From IMG/VR virus record IMGVR_UViG_3300005662_008418: a stretch of DNA of 54,615 nt; one strand, given 5' to 3'. The notes under the pieces were generated by a model. That model worked only from the letters and a program-made list of their open reading frames with translations, ran no database searches and was not told where the DNA came from. This stretch comes from an uncultured virus (IMG/VR IMGVR_UViG_3300005662_008418) (lineage: Duplodnaviria > Heunggongvirae > Uroviricota > Caudoviricetes). The position numbers and the translations under genes were made by a program. This document shows, in pieces, positions 1 through 9,200 of the stretch (position 1 is the first letter of the stretch; each line of letters begins with the position of its first letter).

Positions 1-3000
1 CAATGTGTGGTATCCATCACATGATGTCACAAAATTACTATTAGGATATTTTTGTTCTATCGGTGCGGTATTGTTATATCCCACGAAGTTCTGCCAGACA
101 ACCCCAGAACAATCTATAGCACTAGAGCTAGAACTGCTGCTACTTGAACTGCTAGCAATGTTGACATTAAATGCTCTTATTGCCAAGTTCCAAGATGATA
201 TCACTCCACTAGCGATATCTTTATGATCTTCTATATGAAGAGTCCAATCTCCAGACATACTTCTGCCAAAAACTTCAGACGTTATATTGAAGCTAATAGG
301 GTTAGACCTATTTGCTCCTGGAAGTCCACATAGACCGACTGATGCCCTCCAGGGATTAGCAGATCCAGATGGAACAAATAATCCGTCAGCACCAGCGCCT
401 ATGCTGCCGTTTGATTCCGCCCAATTCCATAGGTCGGATCCATTATCACTAAAAACATAAGAAGCAACAGAACCATTACTTAATCCAAAATTATGCAAAT
501 ATGCCGATCCACTTGATGCCAGTTTTCCAATTCTATCCATAAGGATAATCTGCGTATTCCAAGGAGTCTCTACATAAATCCTTAGATCACCTATTGAATT
601 ATGCTTCAATTCTAATGAAATTTCTAAAGAGCAAATTGTTCCAGTAGAACCAATGTTTAATACATCAGATAAAATTCCAGCAGATGGATTGATACATAGC
701 ACTGAAAGGTCTGAAGCATCTGGTATGGAAGTATTCGTAATCGTCCTTGTGAAAGTATTCAATATACAGTGAAGACTACTGCTAGAACTACTACTGCTAG
801 AACTACTACTGCTAGAACTACTACTGCTAGAACTACTACTGCTAGAACTACTAGAACTGCTAGAACTGCTAGAACTGCTACTGCTAGAACTGCTACTGCT
901 AGAACTGCTACTGCTAGAACTGCTACTGCTAGAACTACTACTGCTAGAACTGCTACTGCTAGAACTGCTACTGCTAGAACTACTACTGCTAGAACTACTA
1001 CTGCTAGAACTACTACTGCTAGAACTACTACTGCTAGAACTACTACTGCTAGAACTACTACTGCTAGAACTACTACTGCTAGATGATGACGAAGAAACTT
1101 GAGGATCAGATATGAATAATCTTAATGACCACCCAGCATATGTTAAATTCTCAGATCCGCTACCGTGATCTTCTATCCTAAGCCTCCACAAATTAGTTCC
1201 GAAAGTGAATGGGTTTTTTCCAGAAACAAACGAGTTTATGCTTACAACAGGAGGATTATTTGGATCTCCAGTAGGACCAGATGCCACGCACATTCCGCTA
1301 TTTGCTTTATATGCACCAGGAGTGATGGTAACATTGGTTCCTGTATTCTGCTGACAAAAAAGCCATAAACTGTTTGCAGCAGTGTCGCTAAAGACATAAG
1401 TTCCATTTAAATTCTGATTATGCTGAGTCGCATTTTGAGCTGTTAATTTTCCAGATCTGTTCGCAAGTGTTAGCACAGCCTGCAATCCAGTACTTTCATC
1501 TATCCATGGTGCATCTATCAGTATTTTTAGATCACCTACATTTGTATGAACAAGACCAAATATGGTTATTTCCAAAGCGCAAAGTGAACCAGAAATACTG
1601 CAAATAATAGTATTTGAGGTAGATGTTGGACTCGGATGAGAACAAGCATTACTGGCAACAGTGGGACTTCCGATACTAACTGGATTGAATGAATTTGACA
1701 GTATAAATTCAACACAATTAGCAGAAGAACTACTACTAGAACTACTACTAGAACTACTACTAGAACTACTACTAGAACTACTACTAGAACTACTACTAGA
1801 ACTACTACTAGAACTACTACTAGAACTACTACTAGAACTACTACTGGAATTACTGCTAGAACTGCTACTAGAACTACTGCTAGAACTACTACTTGAACTA
1901 CTACTAGATGAAACAATATCCAATAATACACATTGGTCTGGAACAATTGATGCGTATAAATTAGGATAATCAACTTGATTTAAAGAAACCACATCAACCC
2001 TAGAAGAAGCCATAACATCCGTCACGACATCTATCCATCTCCTGCCTGAGGGGTCATTGGTAGCCGCCTTAAGAAGACTCTGACCAAGAAGAGACGATTG
2101 CCATCTATTGCCTGTATCAAAAAGAGATGATGCTTGCACTCCGAACTTGCAGTTTCCAGAAGGTGCATATACTCCTTCACTTATCTTGACTATCCCCGAT
2201 TGTGTATTGGCTACAACAGGATTTCCTAGCAGTCCCGTAAATAGTAATTTCCTATTACCATCGTTTATGATTGGAAGAACAATAGGAGATCCAATATCTG
2301 TAGCATATACATGATATATGAAATCATCAAACTTCAGACCTTTGGGGATGTTTTTCCTGATATCGTTGACTCCGTATATATCAACGATAGCAGGATTACC
2401 GTCTCTTCTAACAGTTCTAACTACCCCTGCCCCGTATCCTGGGTCGACCATCACAAGAGGAAGTAAATCATGAAGTTCTGCTGTATTTCCACCCAAATCA
2501 AGCATTGCTGGCGCGAAGCCAGAATTTATATTAGTGACTGTCTTAAACACTATAATCTTTTGAGCTTCAGTTGGTATGGATGCAAATGCGAAGCCTTGAC
2601 TAGTAAGCAAATCGCTTACTAATGAAAATGTAGTTATAGAGACATTATCTAACCTAGTGCCATCCACAGATACTGGGATAACCCCATTAAATTGAGCATT
2701 GAATACAGCTGTAAATTTATCTGCATGAATCAAGCCCACATTTGGAGTAACCATTATTCCCAGGAACTGGGACGCAATGCTGGATGGATTTATGGAAAAT
2801 CCCTGGCTATTTAAAAAACTCTTTTCTCCAGAGATTATATTTTTCTGCCATCCATCATTACCCGAGTAATGGAAAACACTATTGGCAAATACACCTGCAT
2901 TAGCTGTGGCTGGCTTTTTTCCACTATTAGTATAAGTAGCAAATACTTCGTGTCTACTATTTAAAAAACCAGAAGGATGAGAAGCAGCATAAAGCCCACT

Positions 3001-3297
3001 GACTCCTGAATCTTCAGAGGAAAAAAATGGCTCACGCACACTCATGAATATACTACCATCCATACTTGTGATAAGTGTATTGCTTCTTATCCCTACTGGT
3101 GGCAATAGAATTGCTGTATCATTAGGCAAAGGTCTGACTGTGAGATGACCGTTAATGTGATCATGAGCCTTGACTGCGGCATAATACGTCTTGCTGTTCT
3201 GTGAATATTTTACAATGGATCCCCTTGCGAATCTGGCAGAAGAACCAGTCGCAACAGGTATAACTATTTCTATATTTGAAGGACCTATCAGTGCCAT
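1..3297 (-). CDS. Poly-serine-linked protein with two proprotein convertase P-like (jelly-roll) domains; putative virion appendage/adhesin; 3' end outside the window (>1099 aa)
   Basis: Not in the ORF track. ATG at 3297-3295 overlaps the upstream TAA (TAATG). My manual translation (MALIGPSNIEIVIPVATG...) stays open to base 1. P-domain motifs: LEITIFGLVHTNVGDLKILIDAPW...WRLRIEDHGSG...GWSL (about 1120-1600) and LEISLELKHNSIGDLRIYVETPW...SGDWTLHIEDHKDIASGVISSWNL (about 180-640). Confidence 0.88.
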   Translation of the reverse strand, partial: MALIGPSNIEIVIPVATGSSARFARGSIVKYSQNSKTYYAAVKAHDHINGHLTVRPLPNDTAILLPPVGIRSNTLITSMDGSIFMSVREPFFSSEDSGVSGLYAASHPSGFLNSRHEVFATYTNSGKKPATANAGVFANSVFHYSGNDGWQKNIISGEKSFLNSQGFSINPSSIASQFLGIMVTPNVGLIHADKFTAVFNAQFNGVIPVSVDGTRLDNVSITTFSLVSDLLTSQGFAFASIPTEAQKIIVFKTVTNINSGFAPAMLDLGGNTAELHDLLPLVMVDPGYGAGVVRTVRRDGNPAIVDIYGVNDIRKNIPKGLKFDDFIYHVYATDIGSPIVLPIINDGNRKLLFTGLLGNPVVANTQSGIVKISEGVYAPSGNCKFGVQASSLFDTGNRWQSSLLGQSLLKAATNDPSGRRWIDVVTDVMASSRVDVVSLNQVDYPNLYASIVPDQCVLLDIVSSSSSSSSSSSSSSSSSSSSNSSSSSSSSSSSSSSSSSSSSSSSSSSSSSSSSSSSSSSSSSSANCVEFILSNSFNPVSIGSPTVASNACSHPSPTSTSNTIICSISGSLCALEITIFGLVHTNVGDLKILIDAPWIDESTGLQAVLTLANRSGKLTAQNATQHNQNLNGTYVFSDTAANSLWLFCQQNTGTNVTITPGAYKANSGMCVASGPTGDPNNPPVVSINSFVSGKNPFTFGTNLWRLRIEDHGSGSENLTYAGWSLRLFISDPQVSSSSSSSSSSSSSSSSSSSSSSSSSSSSSSSSSSSSSSSSSSSSSSSSSSSSSSSSSSSSSSSSSSSSSSSSSSSSSSSSSSSSSSSSSSSSSSSSSSSSSSSSSSSLHCILNTFTRTITNTSIPDASDLSVLCINPSAGILSDVLNIGSTGTICSLEISLELKHNSIGDLRIYVETPWNTQIILMDRIGKLASSGSAYLHNFGLSNGSVASYVFSDNGSDLWNWAESNGSIGAGADGLFVPSGSANPWRASVGLCGLPGANRSNPISFNITSEVFGRSMSGDWTLHIEDHKDIASGVISSWNLAIRAFNVNIASSSSSSSSSSSAIDCSGVVWQNFVGYNNTAPIEQKYPNSNFVTSCDGYHTL
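121..153 (-). repeat. Short 11-Ser linker after the second P-like domain
   Basis: Plus-strand act aga gct aga act gct gct act tga act gct are all Ser codons on the minus strand. Confidence 0.9.
775..1095 (-). repeat. Tandem repeat encoding 107 consecutive Ser; main 12-bp unit TCT-AGC-AGT-AGT
   Basis: In the frame of the <1..3297 CDS, the plus-strand triplets are only act/gct/aga/tga/cga, which are all Ser codons on the minus strand. Confidence 0.95.
1723..1911 (-). repeat. Tandem repeat encoding a 63-codon poly-Ser linker (62 Ser, 1 Asn); main 12-bp unit TCT-AGT-AGT-AGT
   Basis: (actactactaga)n on the plus strand, in frame with the <1..3297 CDS. Confidence 0.95.
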
Positions 3298-5696
3298 TAA
3301 GCTTCCCTAATAATACCCTTAAAGTAAAGTGGCATTCTTCCCCTATATTCCTTTAGCCATATCCAATTACCCAAGCAAAAACTAGATGACAGCATACCTT
3401 CTGTAATAGTGTGAGGGCTGCCCTCAAGATATATATCAAATCCTTCCAAAGACAATCTTTGGTGCATATCTACTAATTCACTGTTACTGAGAAAACTTGC
3501 ATCCAATATCATAATATTTTCAATGCCTACCTGTCTGCATAATAACTTAAAATTCTTCTCATTTTCCTGTAAAGACTTAGAGTGAATCGAAAAACCAATT
3601 TTTACATTAAAGTCATTATATATTTTTACAACTGCGTCTTGTATATCTCTTCTTATTTCGTCGGAAAAATTCCAATTAGCGAATTTGGCGTGAGGGAATT
3701 TCCATTCACCATTAGGAAGCAGGAAGCAGTTCTTTGTTCCTGAACTGGAGAAATTCATCACTTCTCTAAATATTTCAAGACCAGCATATTGCGTGGAATA
3801 AACAGGATCATTTTTAAAAACATTATCTACTTTACTAGATAACGGCAAAACATCCACCTGATCTGCAAAACTTGTTTTTCTTCTACAATGATATTTATAT
3901 GATCCATTAAATAATGGATGCACAAATGAGTTAATGGAATTTATTGCTTTTTCAGCTACAACTTTAAGCCCTCCAATAATTAACTTTTTTGCGCCCATGA
4001 CGAGGACTTCTTTAATTTTTGAATCATGATCATCAATATCAGTATTAATGTACACAATTCCATTCTCAATTAAAGAAGACGGATATTTACTAACTAAACC
4101 ATTAGAAATATCAAAAAAGAAATTGGATCCAGATCTTTCTATGATATTTGCCTTATTAAGATCAAGCAAAGAATAATCGTAGGCAAAATATACACCCTTA
4201 CTGTTAGCTGCGTCTTTTATGGCATTGTTTATAAATACAATATCACTGCTTCCGATTTCTTTTACATTTAGACTTATGCAAATAAAATCATTACTCAGTA
4301 TTCTGTTGTCATAAATAAAATCCAATATCTTATTGTACAGTCTTTCTTGAAGAATTTCTCCAGACAATCCCTCTGTATATGTCTTGTCTATATTTAAAAA
4401 ACGATAGATCCCATTGGAGGAATCTATTACTTCACCATTAACCCATATGGATATACCGCTTTGTGCGATCTTGCTCATGGCTACTGCAGATCCAGATTTC
4501 GATACTTCAGGATTTGCAGCAACAGGCTCAGAGACATGGACATGGAAAAAATAACCAGAGTAGCCAAAATCTTCGCAAGAAACCACATGAGATCCTGCAG
4601 AATCAAACTTAATGTATTCTACAAAACCTGACTGATATGGTCGTACTCCGCAGATATTCTCAAAATTCCATCCATTTCTACTTACATGGATTACTTCTCC
4701 GCTTTTCGCGTCCTTGCTGCCGTAATAATATAAATTAGTACCTTCAAAGTTAATTCTATCTTGACCATATGGATCATAAGGATCGTCGTTAGCTTTATCA
4801 CAATTGAAACTTAAATAAGTTTCACTTTCATATATTTTTATATTATTATTTGCATCTTGATATAAAGTGAAATCTCCAATGTTTTGGTCTTTTGCAAAAG
4901 CAGTCCAATTAGGAACATCTTCACAAAAAGAAAGAAGTCTAGGTTGTTCTATTTCATTTATATATATAACATCACCGCTAAATGATGGTACTTTTTTATT
5001 ATCATCTGATCTTTCAGAGACATGACATTTTATGTTTTCATTTAGACAAACTTTCCATTGCCCATTAAACGGCCTAACTCCGTGTAGATTCCACCATGGG
5101 ATAGAATTTTTAGACGATGCCTCCGCAACAAGAATAGATCCACCACTATTACTTTTGCTAGATATATTATATTTTAATACAGATCCGATAGATGAATCTC
5201 TTGCAGAGAACATCCAGCATCTAGATGATCTTGCGAAAGAAGGAGGATCCACTTCCTGCAAAATCTCATCGTTTCCTTGCACGTTCCTGATGGAAATAGA
5301 TTCATCATGGTCTATGCACACAAATATAAGATCGGAGCTATTAGGGATTAAAAGATCTGGAGTCTCTGTATTGTGTACGTAAATGACCTTGTCTGAAAAA
5401 CCATAATTTATTGATCCAGAAGATGGTGGTGCGAAATGAACGAATATGTATATCTTGCCGTCAAAATTAGGAACTCCCAGATGACATTTGCCGCCATTGT
5501 CCTTATGTATAATCTTTATTGACTCCCCAGCATGACATTTGATTCTAATGGCACTATTTCTTCTATTTTCATACAAAAAACCGAATTTATCAAGTATGAC
5601 GCTCTTTACAATGCTGGTACTTGGTCTTAGCGAAGGTCCAGGAGTAAATTCCGTGCTTCTGTTTTTAGAAAAAATTTCTGATGTTTCTCCTGCCAT
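3297..5696 (-). CDS. Hypothetical protein (799 aa); beta-rich N-terminal half, alpha/beta C-terminal region possibly a degenerate TIM barrel
   Basis: Long ORF, stop overlaps the next ATG, weak AGGA upstream of the start. C-terminal SSSGTKNCFLLPNG...GFDIYLEGSP resembles the N-terminal domain of 21116..25456. Confidence 0.8.
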   Translation of the reverse strand: MAGETSEIFSKNRSTEFTPGPSLRPSTSIVKSVILDKFGFLYENRRNSAIRIKCHAGESIKIIHKDNGGKCHLGVPNFDGKIYIFVHFAPPSSGSINYGFSDKVIYVHNTETPDLLIPNSSDLIFVCIDHDESISIRNVQGNDEILQEVDPPSFARSSRCWMFSARDSSIGSVLKYNISSKSNSGGSILVAEASSKNSIPWWNLHGVRPFNGQWKVCLNENIKCHVSERSDDNKKVPSFSGDVIYINEIEQPRLLSFCEDVPNWTAFAKDQNIGDFTLYQDANNNIKIYESETYLSFNCDKANDDPYDPYGQDRINFEGTNLYYYGSKDAKSGEVIHVSRNGWNFENICGVRPYQSGFVEYIKFDSAGSHVVSCEDFGYSGYFFHVHVSEPVAANPEVSKSGSAVAMSKIAQSGISIWVNGEVIDSSNGIYRFLNIDKTYTEGLSGEILQERLYNKILDFIYDNRILSNDFICISLNVKEIGSSDIVFINNAIKDAANSKGVYFAYDYSLLDLNKANIIERSGSNFFFDISNGLVSKYPSSLIENGIVYINTDIDDHDSKIKEVLVMGAKKLIIGGLKVVAEKAINSINSFVHPLFNGSYKYHCRRKTSFADQVDVLPLSSKVDNVFKNDPVYSTQYAGLEIFREVMNFSSSGTKNCFLLPNGEWKFPHAKFANWNFSDEIRRDIQDAVVKIYNDFNVKIGFSIHSKSLQENEKNFKLLCRQVGIENIMILDASFLSNSELVDMHQRLSLEGFDIYLEGSPHTITEGMLSSSFCLGNWIWLKEYRGRMPLYFKGIIREA

Positions 5697-5711
5697 TGTT
5701 AATATATCCTA

Positions 5712-6239
5712 TTATTTCCATCTGTTTTCTTTTCTTGCGGAATCACCAAGATAGCGAGCCTGAACATAGTCGGAGTATAAATTCTTACTAGAAGCTAATC
5801 CTCCATAAAGCCAATAAACAAAAGAGTCTATTGCAGCCATTCTGGCTCCGCTGCAAGTAGATTGACTATTTATATATGGTAAATATGCTTTCTTGCACAT
5901 ATCTGGGGCTTTTACCTGTCTGCATGATGATTCTATCTCATCAACAATGCCAGAAGCACAGTCAACGCTACCCATTCCCGTGTTCACTTTTCTTCTGTAG
6001 CAAGGAGAAGGTTGATTTTTATATCTGGAATGACATCCAAAAAATGGAGAAATTCTAACAGTAAAGAGTGCATCTATGATCGCATCTTTATCTCTTTGAG
6101 ATAAAGAGTTCCAACGATCAGTGTGAATCTTTGAAGTGCCGATTTTATTGGCATAAGAAAAATATAAATTATTTACAGTATCAATCCATCTAGATAGCAA
6201 GTCAACTTTATATATGTATTGAGTGTTATCTGATTGCAT
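5712..6239 (-). CDS. Hypothetical Cys-rich protein (175 aa, 6 Cys)
   Basis: Fills the gap between neighbours; ATG lies 1 nt after the upstream stop; followed by tandem stops TAA TAG. Confidence 0.8.
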   Translation of the reverse strand: MQSDNTQYIYKVDLLSRWIDTVNNLYFSYANKIGTSKIHTDRWNSLSQRDKDAIIDALFTVRISPFFGCHSRYKNQPSPCYRRKVNTGMGSVDCASGIVDEIESSCRQVKAPDMCKKAYLPYINSQSTCSGARMAAIDSFVYWLYGGLASSKNLYSDYVQARYLGDSARKENRWK

Positions 6240-6240
6240 G

Positions 6241-9200
6241 TTATCCAGCTATTCCTCCACCACCGCCAGGAGGGGCAATGGAACTAGAAGAAGATGATGA
6301 AGAGTTGCTGCCAAATGCATCTAGTGATCCTGATGGTCTTGGTACTTGCGGAGTAGCAGAGAGTTCAAATACGCATTCACTATTAGCACACCTGTCTCTG
6401 CCGTACCAGCCACCGATGAATATGGAATCATTGGGATTCGGAGTTCCTGGTCTGGTTATAGATCCTTCGGCAAATGGAGATGAATAATTCGGATTGTCTG
6501 TTCCGTCTCTTGGAGTAGTAACCGATATCCTTCCAGTAAGCATTATATTATCTTCTATGTCGAATGTGCCAAGAGAGCCAACGCATGTCTCATTAATGTA
6601 TGGAGAATAGGCGATAGATCTAGAATCAAGATTTGAGGCCGTGATTCCATTAGCCACAAAATTGGCAATTAAATTTGTTTTAAATTCTGGAGATTTTAAC
6701 ACTACAGAAGAGCGAATTCCCATTAAGGACATTGCTTCATCTGAATATATTTTATAGTTCAGGGTATTTAGCGCACTTACATATCTTCTAACATTTTGCC
6801 TAGTAAATCTATGAACTCCCACTTCTTGCGGCGTACTAGTTATCTCTCTATCGTTATTAGTCATTTCAGCGACAATCGATCTTAAGGAAGAATAATCCAC
6901 ATTGGCATCGCTGCTTCTAGAAAATAGCTCAGAGAACTCTCTATCTTGCGCTACGAAATCTAGCAGTTGGTCTACAGGCTTATCTGCTCTGCTTCCGTCA
7001 TTAATTGGCAATCCATTAACGCTAACAACAACAGCTGCGGCAAAATCCCTCCATGCCCATCCTCCGTTTTGAGATTGCAAATCAGTATACTGCCTAGCTA
7101 TCTTTATCTTACTTTCTCCATCAACCTGGTCATCTACAAAAACACACTCTGACATGTTTCTATCTAAGCTATATTCTAAAAATGTACCATTATCAATATA
7201 TTGATCGTTAATAAAGATACTTGGGATTTTTGACCTTTCATTAACCGGAAGGTCAACAGAGAAGTCTATTAGTGTCTTTATCCTAGTCAAAACATTAGCC
7301 CTGGAGACAAAGGCATCTCCACCTATGCATATATCATTCTTATAAATAAATACGCTTCTGGGCATTCTATTAATCTTAGAAAACTTAGGTAATGTTTTAT
7401 TTTTAATAAATTCTATGTTGTTGGAAAATAATAGAGAATATACAGGCTTGCTAATCATGCATCCCGTATCTCCTATTATAACCATTCTATCTTTAAATAT
7501 TTCCATCCTACGATACCTGGCATTTTCACTAACATGTATCTCTGCCGTGTTTCTGCTAATAAGATCTATCCTAAGCAGGGCGTCCTCTAATAAAGCAAAT
7601 AGCCTATTCTCATATATTTTCATATGACGGCATGGACTAGCAGTTGAAGCAAACAGCGACCAACTATCTCCAGAATCATTACTTATAAATATCCCGTTGT
7701 TTATCGCTAAATAAATAATACCGTCTTTTGATGTGCAAGAATAACACTCAGTATTCTCGGTATCTGGCAAACTAGCAAAATTTAAAACAGGCTGCTCATT
7801 GACATCTATGGACAATATCATTGGGCCAAGATCCGTGGCCAGCACGAAGCCGCTTTCGTGAGCGCAGGCATCTCTTATAAACTTTATTCCCAAATCTCTC
7901 CCCATAGAGTTTGCAAAAACAGAAAGAGATCTTGTAGCATCTGGACTATTATCACTCTGTACGTATTTATACAAATCAATTCCACGAGGATAAACAAAAC
8001 AAATTACGCTCTTATCGGCTGATAATACTATGCGAATTGGCGGGCCCATATCATACGGAGGGGTACACTGTATAAAAACTTCCCATTTCAAACTTGTATT
8101 TATCTTAGTAAGTAATACGGATCCAATGGATGTGGCTAATACCATAGAATCATCTGGAGCCAGTTCGCATCCATCATACACTATTACATGCGCGCTATTT
8201 CCGAGCGGATATCCAACAAGTTGCATCGACTCGAAATTAGATGGAGGAGGATCGTTTGGTCCAAGTTCAAAATATCCAGTCGTTCCTCCAGATGAAAGAT
8301 ACCTACTATAACCATATTCATTCTGGGCTATAAAAAATCTGAATCCATCCAGTGATGATGTAGACGCTTTTAGCGGCTTACATTGTTCTTTTCTTCTTCC
8401 AAAATGCTCACGATCTGGTATGTAAGAATTAGTTAAAATTCCAGATTCCATCTGCTCTCCAAATAGATCAAGCATATTCTCGTTTGGAAGACTATTGTCA
8501 ACTTCAGATATATCTGAAACACGCACAAATATAGAATTTATATTCTCGAAAGGACCAAAAGGCGGAAGTATGTTTTCTGAAAAGCTAATTGTTCTTGTAT
8601 ATTCATCGTAGGAGAACTGACCAACATATTGAGTATCATTTATAAATACACTTAAAGAAGCACCAGATGGTATACTGGGATGTTCCAGTATTCTCGTAAA
8701 TCTAAATCCGTCACCTAAGGATACAAAATTTGTTATATCAAAGTAATCATTAAAATCTATTCTGCGGTCCTGACCATCTGGAAGAAGTAAATGTCTATGA
8801 CTATTAAGTCTGGAAATCAAAGGCTCTTTTACAAGATCAGTTCCATTTGTCAATATTCTAACATCATAATTAACTTGTATCTGATTGTCGTCATCGAAGA
8901 AGATGCCAGCAACAACGAAAGCGTCGGCTGGGATATTTACTTCAGAAGAAAAATTTACTTCTAATTCACCACGAACAGGCCTTACGGCATACATATATCT
9001 ATCAGATTCTACAAGCACATTGGAATGAACGAAAGAAAATGTTTCTGAAGATACATTGCCTACTATTTCAAATGACTTGTTCGGTTTTTTAAGCCATATC
9101 TCGTATCCATCCGCAGGTTCATCTGAAGCCGTCCATGATAAATTAACATTGTATCCGTTTTTAGTTGCTGTCAAAACAATCCTATTTGTATTAAAATCAG

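Noticed and set aside
1..1700. Subtilisin/kexin protease
   Set aside because: Only P-like domains are visible; no D/H/S catalytic motifs such as HGT or GTSMA were seen in the window.
775..1911. CRISPR array or telomere-like repeat
   Set aside because: These are 9-12 bp head-to-tail units without spacers, in frame within a CDS.
769..1973. ORFs TTAR-repeat (769..1086 +), LLLE-repeat (1661..1969 +) and VVLV-repeat (1566..1973 -)
   Set aside because: They are alternative-frame readings of the poly-Ser arrays inside the real <1..3297 CDS.
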